This document shows, piece after piece, positions 51,193-60,053 of a stretch of DNA of 64,000 bases; position 1 is the stretch's first letter, and every line of letters begins with the position of its first letter. The stretch is taken from assembly GCA_030637655.1 (NCBI GenBank), contig DAOWGI010000002.1, positions 32,001 to 96,000 of the forward strand, in the 5' to 3' direction. A program made the translations under genes and the position numbers. The stretch comes from a candidate division FCPU426 bacterium (GTDB lineage: Bacteria; Oederibacteriota; JAAXVQ01; JAUVAV01). The notes beneath the pieces were generated by a model. The model was not told the origin of the DNA. It made no database searches and saw only the letters and a list, made by a program, of their open reading frames with translations.

Positions 51193-51850
51193 TGGATCAC
51201 CTCGAGGCATCCACAGCAACACCCGCTTGATTTTAAATTATTTTAATGCCGGCCTTCGCAAAGGCGGATATGCAGAAGCTGAGTTTTACTACCTCAATCG
51301 GGAAAATTGTCGTGATAAAAATATCAAATTGCTTCAGGCAGGAACTCATATCATTATTGCTCTTCCTTTATATGTCGATTCCATGCCTTCGAAAGTCAAG
51401 CGCTTTTTTGAAGATATGGCCCCCTTACGAGGAAAACTAAAGGATAAGCACATTGGGTTTATCGTCCAATCCGGTTTTCCCGAACCCCTTCACTCTCGTT
51501 ATATAGAAAAATATCTTAAACGTTTAGCTGGACGGTTGGGCTGCCATTACATTGGTACAGCCGTACGAGGTGGTGTGGAATCGGTCCGTGGTATTCCGCA
51601 ACCGTTGATAAAAGTTCAGCTTTATTACGAATTTATGCGATTGGGACGGGCTTTGGCAAAAGACAGCACACAATTTTCACCGAAAGCCTTAAAGCGATTA
51701 GCTGTTTTTGAAAAAATGTCAGGTCTGCGCAAATGGGCAATGGTTCCTTTCTGGATTTGGGTGACTCGCTATTTCCACTGGGGATTATTCCTGATTAAGA
51801 ACAAGGCCTGGAAAAAAAGACATGCCCAACCGGAGTTGATCCTGGAATAA
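51173..51850 (+). CDS. Flavodoxin-like NAD(P)H-dependent oxidoreductase
   Basis: FNGSPRG..SNT, ALPLYVDSMP, IVQSGFPE; overlaps the upstream gene. Confidence 0.82.
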   Translation: MRLICFNGSPRGIHSNTRLILNYFNAGLRKGGYAEAEFYYLNRENCRDKNIKLLQAGTHIIIALPLYVDSMPSKVKRFFEDMAPLRGKLKDKHIGFIVQSGFPEPLHSRYIEKYLKRLAGRLGCHYIGTAVRGGVESVRGIPQPLIKVQLYYEFMRLGRALAKDSTQFSPKALKRLAVFEKMSGLRKWAMVPFWIWVTRYFHWGLFLIKNKAWKKRHAQPELILE

Positions 51851-51851
51851 T

Positions 51852-51995
51852 GTGACTTTGCTTCTCCGTCTGCTGTCAAAAAAAGAATGGTCCTCCTTTT
51901 CCATTCGCTTAATTTATCACAGTCGCAAGATTTGCGAAGCCAAAAAGCCCAAATGTCCGGAATGTCCGTTGAAAAAAATATATCCCTACGCCGTA
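51852..51995 (+). pseudogene. nth: Endonuclease III C-terminal remnant
   Basis: LLRLLSKKEWSSFSIRLIYHSRKICEAKKPKCPECPLKKIYP matches the Nth C-terminal FCL region, with Tyr at the fourth Cys. The rest of the gene is missing. Confidence 0.7.
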
Positions 51996-52885
51996 TGCTC
52001 GGATTTAAAAAGACCTGCTATCCATCCCAGCGAAATGAAAACAGCGAGTACTATGATTCCGATGATTCCTTGAAGATGCGCCCAGTGCGGATCATTGAGT
52101 CTGGTGAAGGTTAGTGGAATAAGGGCGCTGCCAAACAGCGTGGCGTGAGCAAGGGCGGGAACAAACACATTTCCTGACAACCTGCGTAACCATGTCAGTA
52201 CGATTCCGGTTTCCAGGGCAAAACAGAGGCTGATCCCAAGTGCCAGAGTGGTTTTATCGATATAGATATATCCGTGAAGATAAAGCGGCAGCCGCCAAAG
52301 CCACCAGACTAAGCCGGTAAGTATTCCGGTAAGCCAAAAACCTGTTTTTTTCAGCCACTGATACAAATACCCGCGCCAGGCGATTTCTTCAGCCCAAGCA
52401 GGCAGAAACCATACCACCGGTCCAAATAGAAGATACCCGGAAATGAGTGCGAACGGATTGGGAGAATGTTGGGTGGGTAAAATAAAATTATGAGACACAC
52501 TAAAATAGAGATTCTGAGACGCAGTGCCCATATGCCAATCCCACTCGGCGAATCCCGCAAAAACACTTATGGCTGCTGCCAGAGCAGCGAGTAAAGGAAA
52601 TAAGAACCAGGCAGGGATAAGATAAAAGAATTTTCCCTGAGTCAAGCCCAATTCCGAAGCCCTGCTGCTGTGGCCAAAGAAAAAGGCGGCCAGAACAGCC
52701 AAGCCAGGTCCAAAACTGAGTAACATGATACCCAAGGTCAGTTGCCCGGCCCGGTCCCAGGTAAACTCCCAGCCCCATTCCAGGAATTTGACCACCGGAA
52801 GCCAGCCGGCAGCTAAAACCAGCAAGATAAAAAGGATGTGAGCTAAAATACTCCGATGTTGGTGGAAAAAAGAAAAAAGTTGCAT
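51986..52885 (-). CDS. CPBP/Abi-family intramembrane metalloprotease-like protein
   Basis: Multi-TM with AEEIAWRGYL; later motifs read WLWRLP and AHATLF (partly degenerate). Start uncertain. Confidence 0.8.
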   Translation of the reverse strand: MQLFSFFHQHRSILAHILFILLVLAAGWLPVVKFLEWGWEFTWDRAGQLTLGIMLLSFGPGLAVLAAFFFGHSSRASELGLTQGKFFYLIPAWFLFPLLAALAAAISVFAGFAEWDWHMGTASQNLYFSVSHNFILPTQHSPNPFALISGYLLFGPVVWFLPAWAEEIAWRGYLYQWLKKTGFWLTGILTGLVWWLWRLPLYLHGYIYIDKTTLALGISLCFALETGIVLTWLRRLSGNVFVPALAHATLFGSALIPLTFTRLNDPHWAHLQGIIGIIVLAVFISLGWIAGLFKSEHTA

Positions 52886-53025
52886 AGGGGTATTATAGGA
52901 GGCTAAAGGGGAAACCGGCAATATGAAAAACACAAAAGCAGGAGTCGGAATTCAGCTAATCCTAGGGCACAGGGGTTTTGCTCCTACTATTTGTCTCCTG
53001 TATTCTGTTTTTAGTATGAAGAGAC

Positions 53026-53054
53026 TTGACATGACCCCCAAGTAAGGGTAACGT
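53026..53054 (+). promoter_or_regulatory. Putative sigma70 promoter, probably leaderless transcript
   Basis: TTGACA-17 nt-TAACGT; only 6 nt separate the -10 from the ATG and there is no SD. Confidence 0.55.
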
Positions 53055-53060
53055 ATTGCC

Positions 53061-53462
53061 ATGAGTGAAAAAAGCTATCTGCATCATATCTGTTTGTGTG
53101 TCTCAAATCTAAGGCAATCAGAGGTATTTTACGAAGGCTTTTTAGGTCTTCGGAAACAGTATGAATTCATTGTTACCGAAGAACAAGCCCAAATCCTGTT
53201 CAATATTCCTGCGGAATGCCAATTTATCTCTTTTGAATGTCCGGATGGTGGTGGTTTGGAGATTTTTACGGCAGTAGATGCCATGCCTACATCCTCTCCC
53301 GGCTCTCATTTTTGTCTGGCTGTCACAAACCGGGAAGCCTTGTTGGAAAGGTTGAGGATGGCCAATGTCGAGATTCGGGAACTTGCCCGTGAAGATAAAA
53401 AAGTTGTCTTTATTGCTGATCCGGATGATAATTTGATTGAATTAAAGGAAATGGAAACTTAA
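53061..53462 (+). CDS. VOC / glyoxalase-family protein
   Basis: LHHICLCVSNL..SEVFY..FLG, LEIF, HFCLAV, FIADPDDNLIEL. Confidence 0.88.
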   Translation: MSEKSYLHHICLCVSNLRQSEVFYEGFLGLRKQYEFIVTEEQAQILFNIPAECQFISFECPDGGGLEIFTAVDAMPTSSPGSHFCLAVTNREALLERLRMANVEIRELAREDKKVVFIADPDDNLIELKEMET

Positions 53463-53598
53463 GGTTTTTTTGCTGCGGAATATCAGAACATTTTTTGGTC
53501 ACTACTCACGATAAAATCCAACACAAATAAATATGAGAAATGGCATATTTTATAAAAATGGATAATTAAAGGTAAAGATATCAAACAAGGAGTTGCTC

Positions 53599-53946
53599 AT
53601 GCCGTATTGCCCAAAATGTGGTTATGAATACCAGCCTGACATTAATACCTGTCCGGATTGTAATGAACAGTTGGTAGCCTTTTTGCCGCCGGATCCCAAT
53701 CAGGGAGAATTGTTCGAAACCGTTCAATTATGTAAAGTGCCGGATGAAATTACCGGCATGGCATTGCAATCTTTATTACGGGATGCGGGAATTGATGCTA
53801 ATCTCAGAGACATGCGAGCCAGTTTTTATGGCAGCGTGTTGTCCAACATGCAGGGTTTCTGGGGAACCATTATTGTGTATAAAAAAGATGAGAAAAAAGC
53901 CCAAAAACTCTATGCCACATTTCAGAAAGATTTTCAAGGAAAGTAA
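53599..53946 (+). CDS. Zinc-ribbon + DUF2007-like protein
   Basis: MPYCPKCGYEY....TCPDC, followed by LQSLLRDAGI..IIV...D.KKA. Confidence 0.75.
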   Translation: MPYCPKCGYEYQPDINTCPDCNEQLVAFLPPDPNQGELFETVQLCKVPDEITGMALQSLLRDAGIDANLRDMRASFYGSVLSNMQGFWGTIIVYKKDEKKAQKLYATFQKDFQGK

Positions 53947-54015
53947 ATAAATAGAGTTGTACAATTGAAAGAAACCCGGAAATCTTTGTTGTGGATTGAT
54001 GAAAAGGAGCTTCAT

Positions 54016-54771
54016 ATGAGCCAAGAATCTGAAAATTTGGAACAAAAGCAGGAAAAAGATAAGGAAAGTATAGAATCCTTTTACGTTAAAATGCCGGATA
54101 TGCCGCAGGTCGGGAGCGCAGAAGCAACTCAGGCAGAACAGCAGTTGCTGGCACATCTCAAATCCCGCGGTCCTCGCGCGGAAACTTTAAAACCATTGGT
54201 TGTTTTTTACAGCCGGGTAGGGCAACAGGAGCGAGCTTATCAATATTTAAAAATGTGGATGAAGTACACCAAGAACAGAGATGAATTGGCGGAATCTCTG
54301 ATGATGTCCGGACAATTGGCGGAACAAGTAGGACAACCGGAACCAGCCATCTCTTTTTATCGCGAGGCATTATTACAGCACTCAGAAGATTATAAGATTA
54401 ATTATTATATTCATAATAATCTGGCGTATTGTCTTAATACTCAGGGTGAGCCGGAGAAGGCCATAAAGCATTGCGATGCTGCGATTAAATTGGATCCCTC
54501 ACGCGCGAATGCTTTTAAAAATTTGGGTGTAAGTCTTTCCGGATTGGGTAAATATGCGGAAGCTGCCAACATGTGGTTGAAAGCCACGCATGTGGATGTG
54601 TCGGATAGTCGAGCTTTAGATCAGTTGGAGAAACTAGTTGCAAAACAGCGTGAGGCTATTGTACCGGATATTCCGGATATTGATGACAAATTAAAAGCCT
54701 GCCGGCGTGCGGTGGAATCCGCCAAAACCGGGCGCTTTGCCGATTGGGCCAGAGGTCTTACTTTGAATTAA
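54016..54771 (+). CDS. TPR-repeat protein
   Basis: HNNLAYCL..GEPEKAIKHCDAAIKLDPSRANAFKNLGVSL..LGKYAEA; SD AAGGAG. Confidence 0.85.
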   Translation: MSQESENLEQKQEKDKESIESFYVKMPDMPQVGSAEATQAEQQLLAHLKSRGPRAETLKPLVVFYSRVGQQERAYQYLKMWMKYTKNRDELAESLMMSGQLAEQVGQPEPAISFYREALLQHSEDYKINYYIHNNLAYCLNTQGEPEKAIKHCDAAIKLDPSRANAFKNLGVSLSGLGKYAEAANMWLKATHVDVSDSRALDQLEKLVAKQREAIVPDIPDIDDKLKACRRAVESAKTGRFADWARGLTLN

Positions 54772-54920
54772 TTATTTTTCAAGGGTGAGGGTTACCTGAA
54801 GACTCCGTGCTTCAGTGCGGGGATGATTTATTGTTATTAATTCATTGGAAAACGAAAAACCCTATGGTATCATGAAAATTCATTTAATTATGTAATTAAT
54901 GTGACGGAGGCGTAACCTAC

Positions 54921-55568
54921 ATGCCAACGACAATTAAGCCCAGAAAAGACCATTCGAAACGCTCCCCAGCGGCGCGCAGAAAAATGAAAGGCGCAGCCAG
55001 AAAAGCATGGGCTCAAGAACCTCGGTTGACGGTTACTTCTGAAGTGGAAAATGAGGAACCTATGGCAAGCGCGAATTCTTATCCTGATCAAGTTTCTGAA
55101 ATGCCGCTGAATTTCGCAACTCCGGAAGCAGAGGATGAAAATCAGGAAGCTTTGGCCGTAATGGTGAAAAAATTTCGTGAGGGAATTATCATTGAACAAT
55201 CAGTGGAATATGTAGCCGGCAAGGGAAAGCCGGTAATTTACGCCAAAATACGTTTAACCACAGCCTTGCGCGGGAAGCGTAAGACCGATGGTCTGATTGA
55301 AGGTGCATATATATTACGGTTGGAAGTGTTGGCCGGCAGCCGGGCTGTGAAAGTGGAAGGTTTGCGTTTGGGACCTTGGCAAATAGATGATATGCAATTG
55401 GAGACCGGTTCGGTGTACTTGGCAGAACCAATTTGGGCAGGATTTCAGTCAGTGAGTGGATCTTGTAACGGAAGGATTCATATAGGCGATGTTGCTCTCA
55501 AACGTTTACTGGATCTGCCGCTGAATACTGAGGCAGTACTGCCAGGACCTGAAACATTTAGTGGATGA
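54921..55568 (+). CDS. Hypothetical protein overlapping hydG
   Basis: SD GGAGG; basic then acidic disordered N-terminus, beta-rich C-terminus; ATGA overlap with hydG. Confidence 0.65.
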   Translation: MPTTIKPRKDHSKRSPAARRKMKGAARKAWAQEPRLTVTSEVENEEPMASANSYPDQVSEMPLNFATPEAEDENQEALAVMVKKFREGIIIEQSVEYVAGKGKPVIYAKIRLTTALRGKRKTDGLIEGAYILRLEVLAGSRAVKVEGLRLGPWQIDDMQLETGSVYLAEPIWAGFQSVSGSCNGRIHIGDVALKRLLDLPLNTEAVLPGPETFSG

Positions 55569-56968
55569 GGGTGGCCATTACTAATATCATTTCAGATGAA
55601 CGGATTTGCTGGGCCATGCAGGCCGCTCAACACGCGTCAGAGCAAACTGTGTGGGATATTTTGAAAAAAGCGCGCTTGAGAAAGGGGCTGACTCCCGAAG
55701 AGACTGCTGTGTTGTTGTATCAGGACCGGCATTCTGAAATTTTACCTGAAATTATGGCTGCCGCGCGTCAGGTCAAAGAGGAGATCTACGGAAAACGCCT
55801 GGTTTTATTTGCTCCTTTGTATATTACCAATCAATGTTCCAATAACTGTATGTATTGTGCCTATCGTAAGGATAACACTTCTTTAGAACGAAAAACCTTA
55901 ACATCACAAGAGCTTGTCCAACAGGTAGAGATACTGGAAGACCAGGGACACAAGCGTTTGCTTTTGGTTGCCGGTGAAACCCAGCGCTTCCAGGAAATAC
56001 CGGATGCTTTGGAAACCATCTATGCCACCCGAAAAAATCAAGGTGAAATCCGGCGCGTGAATGTCAACATTGCGCCTTTGACCATTGAACAATTTAAAGC
56101 TCTTAAAAAAGTGGGGATCGGTACTTATCAGTGCTTTCAGGAAACGTATCATCTGCCTACATATCAGAAAATGCATCCGTCCGGACCCAAAGCAGATTAT
56201 GCTTGGCGCCTTACGGTCATGGACCGGGCCTTACAAGCCGGGGTGGATGATCTTTCAACCGGTGTGTTACTTGGGTTGTATGATTATCATTATGATGTAA
56301 CCGCGTTGATTATGCATGGTCAGTATCTGGATGATCAATACCGGGTAGGACCGCACGCGGTTTCTGTTCCGCGTTTACGAGTAGCGCGGGGCACACCATT
56401 ATGCCATGATGTGTTGCCGGCATCTAACCGGTATTTACTCTCAGATGAGCAATTCAAATTGGTGGTGGCTGTCATTCGTTTGGCTCTGCCGTATACCGGA
56501 TTGATCCTGACCACACGTGAGACTCCGGAAATGCGTCATACCCTGCTCAATGCGGGTGTTTCCCAGATTTCCGCCGGAAGTCAAACGGATGTTGGGGGAT
56601 ATTCAGAGGCTAGAGAGCAAAATGGGAAACAATTTGAGATAGAGGACACCCGTTCTTTAGAGGAAGTTTTACTGGATGTTATTGAAAGCGGCAATATCGC
56701 TTCCTTTTGTACTGCCTGCTATCGAACCGGCCGAACCGGGGAAAAAATTATGGATTTATTGAAACCCGGCACCATTAAGAACTTTTGTCTGCCCAATGCC
56801 ATTCTCACCTTCAAAGAATATCTGATTGACTATGCCGGTCCTGAGACCTATAAAAAAGGGGAAGCCTGTATAGAACAGGCGCTCACTGGCTTGGAGGAAG
56901 CAGTTAGAACTGAAACCCAAGCTTGTTTGAAACGCTTGGCTGCGGGTGAACGCGACCTCTATTTTTAA
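55565..56968 (+). CDS. hydG: [FeFe]-hydrogenase maturase radical SAM HydG
   Basis: LFAPLY..N.CSNNCMYC, FQETYH, GPHAVSVPR, and C-terminal CTAC-x22-C (the CX2CX22C auxiliary cluster motif that distinguishes HydG from ThiH). Confidence 0.9.
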   Translation: MRVAITNIISDERICWAMQAAQHASEQTVWDILKKARLRKGLTPEETAVLLYQDRHSEILPEIMAAARQVKEEIYGKRLVLFAPLYITNQCSNNCMYCAYRKDNTSLERKTLTSQELVQQVEILEDQGHKRLLLVAGETQRFQEIPDALETIYATRKNQGEIRRVNVNIAPLTIEQFKALKKVGIGTYQCFQETYHLPTYQKMHPSGPKADYAWRLTVMDRALQAGVDDLSTGVLLGLYDYHYDVTALIMHGQYLDDQYRVGPHAVSVPRLRVARGTPLCHDVLPASNRYLLSDEQFKLVVAVIRLALPYTGLILTTRETPEMRHTLLNAGVSQISAGSQTDVGGYSEAREQNGKQFEIEDTRSLEEVLLDVIESGNIASFCTACYRTGRTGEKIMDLLKPGTIKNFCLPNAILTFKEYLIDYAGPETYKKGEACIEQALTGLEEAVRTETQACLKRLAAGERDLYF

Positions 56969-56994
56969 ATCCTGCATAGGGACCGGATGGAAAA

Positions 56995-57819
56995 ATGTCC
57001 AAAAAGTTTTTTCTGTATTTGGAATACAAAAATCAAAAATATCCTTGCGAACTTATCCCTAAAAAGCGTAATCGCAATATTCGCATCCGTATTGCCAAAA
57101 CCTCGGAGTATTCGGCGGAATTTAAGCAAGCAGGATTTCCTTTTGATCCAGAGGGGAATAATCAACTGGATTTGTTTTTGCCGCTTGCTTCACCAGCGTA
57201 TATCGTAAAAGTATCCTATCCTCCCGGACTTTCGCGCTGGCAAGTAAAAGCAAGCTTGACGGAATCTGCCGCCTGGATTGCTGCACATTTCAAAAAAATA
57301 TCCAAAGAACAAAAACAGCAGGCAAATCCGATATTGAAAACCGGAACGCGGATTATGTTTCAAGGCAGGAAACTGACCTTGGTATTCCTGCCCACAACGC
57401 GGCGCAAACAGAAAGTGAAACTGGCCGGCACCCGGCTGCTCTGCGCCATGTTCAGTACGCAGCAACAGAAGCTTAAAAAGGTCTTGGAACAATGGTATCG
57501 GGAGCAGGCAGCGCGTTATATTGAAAACCGGACAACTTTTTTGGCAGCGGGAATAACCCGGAAACCGTATCGCATACGGATTGCCGGCCAGAAAACCCAA
57601 TGGGGAAGTTGTTCTGCCGCGGGTGTATTGAGCTTTAATTGGAAATTGATGATGGCGCCAAAGTATATTCTGGATTATATTATTGTTCATGAATTGGCCC
57701 ATTTGGAAGAGATGAATCATTCTCAACGTTTTTGGCAGGTGGTGCGCGCCCACTCTCGGACAGTGGACAGAGCAAAACAGTGGCTGAAAAAGCATGGCGC
57801 GTGTTTGGACAGTATTTGA
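56995..57819 (+). CDS. YgjP/DUF45-like zinc metalloprotease
   Basis: QKTQWGSCS, FNWKL, DYIIVHELAHLEEMNHSQRFW. Confidence 0.88.
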   Translation: MSKKFFLYLEYKNQKYPCELIPKKRNRNIRIRIAKTSEYSAEFKQAGFPFDPEGNNQLDLFLPLASPAYIVKVSYPPGLSRWQVKASLTESAAWIAAHFKKISKEQKQQANPILKTGTRIMFQGRKLTLVFLPTTRRKQKVKLAGTRLLCAMFSTQQQKLKKVLEQWYREQAARYIENRTTFLAAGITRKPYRIRIAGQKTQWGSCSAAGVLSFNWKLMMAPKYILDYIIVHELAHLEEMNHSQRFWQVVRAHSRTVDRAKQWLKKHGACLDSI

Positions 57820-57836
57820 ATCCGGAGGAGGAACCT

Positions 57837-58130
57837 ATGCAACAAGAAATTTGGACACTGGTGGGTATTTGTGCGGCGGCCTTAACAGCCACCTCGTTTG
57901 TTCCGCAATTGATTATCCGGCTGAGAAATCCGCAAGCAGCACGGGTTTCCTATATAACCTTAACCTGCTTTTTAACGGGTGTTTCCCTATGGGCTGCCTA
58001 TGGTATCCATTTGCAGGATCTCATCATTATCGGAGCCAATATCTTCCTTTTTGTAAATTTGGCAGCCATTACATTAGTGCAGCTTTGGCAAGATAAATTG
58101 AGTCTGAAAAAAGATGAATCCAAGGAATAA
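57837..58130 (+). CDS. SemiSWEET / PQ-loop transporter
   Basis: VGICAAALTATSFVPQ, VSY, LWAAYG, IIGAN; 3 TM; SD GGAGG. Confidence 0.88.
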   Translation: MQQEIWTLVGICAAALTATSFVPQLIIRLRNPQAARVSYITLTCFLTGVSLWAAYGIHLQDLIIIGANIFLFVNLAAITLVQLWQDKLSLKKDESKE

Positions 58131-58174
58131 AGCATAAACATCAGGATTCGATACCAGCGTAGACCATTAATAAA

Positions 58175-58747
58175 TTAAAAATAAAACAATACGCCGCCGG
58201 ACAAACTGCTGGCAGCGTGTTCCGTGATGCCGATATTGCCTTCAAATATAAATTCCATCTGACGCGCAATGGGAATTGCCACACCGAGGTCAAAGTATAT
58301 GGGCAAAATAATTTCTGTTTCATTTCCCGTGTCTACAAACTCAATATCCGCATCCAAAGCACCGAAAAAGCTAAAAGTGCGAAAGTTATTTGAGAGCAAT
58401 AATGTGGCATCCAATCCCAGGTTTGAAGAGCCATGGGCACCGGCGGCAAAAGAGAGGCCGGGCGTATTTTTAGTGTCCCGTATCAGACCAAACTCCAGGT
58501 CTGCGCCAAAAACCATATCAGCACCAAGTCCGAGTTGTACATCCAAATCAATGCTGCGGGTCAATCCCAATCCCCCATGAATCCAGAGTATGAAATGGGA
58601 AGGTGAAAACGCAATTTCAGGTTCTAAACCGAAAGTAAAATGACCTGGTTTTAAGAGGCCGGCAGTTCCGAAAACACCGGCCTGGGCAGGACGAAGCAGA
58701 CTAAACATTAAGAGTAAACAACCCAGGAGAATCATTGGTTTTTTCAT
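58175..58747 (-). CDS. Small outer-membrane beta-barrel protein
   Basis: Signal peptide (AQA), amphipathic beta strands, terminal ..GVLFYF. Confidence 0.7.
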   Translation of the reverse strand: MKKPMILLGCLLLMFSLLRPAQAGVFGTAGLLKPGHFTFGLEPEIAFSPSHFILWIHGGLGLTRSIDLDVQLGLGADMVFGADLEFGLIRDTKNTPGLSFAAGAHGSSNLGLDATLLLSNNFRTFSFFGALDADIEFVDTGNETEIILPIYFDLGVAIPIARQMEFIFEGNIGITEHAASSLSGGVLFYF

Positions 58748-58855
58748 TTTTTCACCCCATGCTTCTAAAGAATATTTTGTTTGTCGCTTGATTGTTGAAT
58801 TGACCGCTATTATAGCATGCTCAGAAGGGAAGACAAGTCAGAAAACCAGGAGAAA

Positions 58856-59051
58856 GTATCATGTCAGTGAACTAATGGAAAGAAAATTAACCGCCGATGA
58901 ACGCCGATAAATACAGATTGATTTTTTTTATCTCTTAAACTATAAATATCTGCGTTTATTTGCGTTCATCGGCGGTTAATTTTGGTTCCGGTTTATCCGG
59001 AATAGGTTCCCGGGTTATTTGACAAAACACAGCACTTCACTGACATATTAC
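58856..59051. mobile_element. MITE family 2, copy 2, with 8-bp target duplication
   Basis: TIRs GTATCATGTCAGTGAA / TTCACTGACATATTAC; AGGAGAAA at 58848-58855 and 59052-59059. Confidence 0.88.
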
Positions 59052-59061
59052 AGGAGAAAAA

Positions 59062-59988
59062 TTATTTGCTTAAAGAGAACCAGCGTTTCCACCAGGGCTG
59101 TCTGGCACGCAAGGCTTTTTGTATAACCGGGAGAGCCTGTTCAGCAGCTTGTTCACCGGCTGCGATGATTTCCTGAGCAGCATCAAAGGCGTACCACTCG
59201 TAGGTCATATTATCTACGGAAATGACAGCCTGAGTTTCTTTTAAATACTGGTCGCGCAGTGTTTTTCCGGTGATTTGATCAGCCCTAAGCCAGATTTCAA
59301 TACCGGTTCGGTATAATTTGGTGGTGGAGATAAAAGGAGAAACATCAATAGCAATAACGAAATTGGCTCCCATGCCAAATGTTTCCTGGACAGGAACCAG
59401 AGATACAATAGCGCCATCCACCAGCTGCATGTTTTTGAATTCCACCGGTGGAAATACTCCGGGAATGGCTGCTGAAGCCTGGGTAGCTTGTTGGATGGAT
59501 CCTTCCCGGAAAAGATGGGGTTTTCCTTGTAAAAGATCAGCAGCCACAGCGCCAAAGGGTAAGGCTAAGTCTTCGATATTTCCTTTTGGCAACAGCAGGG
59601 AAAGGAGTGTTTTTACTTTTTCCTCCGCAATAATATGATCTTTGGTGAGCACGGAAGTCAACATATAGATGCGTGAGAGATGTTCCAGGGTTTTTTGCAG
59701 GTTGCGTTTGATGAGTTCTTTGGATTTTTCTTGTTGGAATTTGCCTAAACCCAGATCAGCCATTTTGGGACTTTTTAATTGCTGGATGACCTTTTCAGCG
59801 GTAACTTGAGCATTACGATAGTGACAGTACAAAGCGCCGATGATAGACCCCATGGAGGTGCCAACCACCACATCGGGGATAATATTAGCCTGCTCCATAA
59901 CCTTGAGCACACCCACATGAGCCAAGCCGCGGGCTCCGCCTCCGCCTAAAGCCAAGCCAATGCGGAGTTTTTTATTTCTGTTGGCCAT
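59062..59988 (-). CDS. Patatin-like phospholipase
   Basis: LALGGGGARG, GTSMG, ASAAIPG.F, LVDGA. Start ATG 59988 or GTG 59994. Confidence 0.92.
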   Translation of the reverse strand: MANRNKKLRIGLALGGGGARGLAHVGVLKVMEQANIIPDVVVGTSMGSIIGALYCHYRNAQVTAEKVIQQLKSPKMADLGLGKFQQEKSKELIKRNLQKTLEHLSRIYMLTSVLTKDHIIAEEKVKTLLSLLLPKGNIEDLALPFGAVAADLLQGKPHLFREGSIQQATQASAAIPGVFPPVEFKNMQLVDGAIVSLVPVQETFGMGANFVIAIDVSPFISTTKLYRTGIEIWLRADQITGKTLRDQYLKETQAVISVDNMTYEWYAFDAAQEIIAAGEQAAEQALPVIQKALRARQPWWKRWFSLSK

Positions 59989-60026
59989 CGTCACTGCGTG
60001 CTCCTTCCTTGGGTATGCCAAATTAT

Positions 60027-60045
60027 GTAATATGTCAGTGAAGCG
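60027..60045. mobile_element. Solo terminal repeat of MITE family 2
   Basis: GTAATATGTCAGTGAAGCG is the reverse complement of the family-2 right end. Confidence 0.65.
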
Positions 60046-60053
60046 CGAAAAAT

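Noticed and set aside
55565-56968. ThiH annotation
   Set aside because: The C-terminal CX2CX22C extension indicates HydG, and no thi genes are adjacent.
58141-58165. GGATTCGATACC (and GGTTCGAA near 40880) as tRNA T-arm motifs
   Set aside because: No cloverleaf, acceptor stem or D-arm could be built around them.
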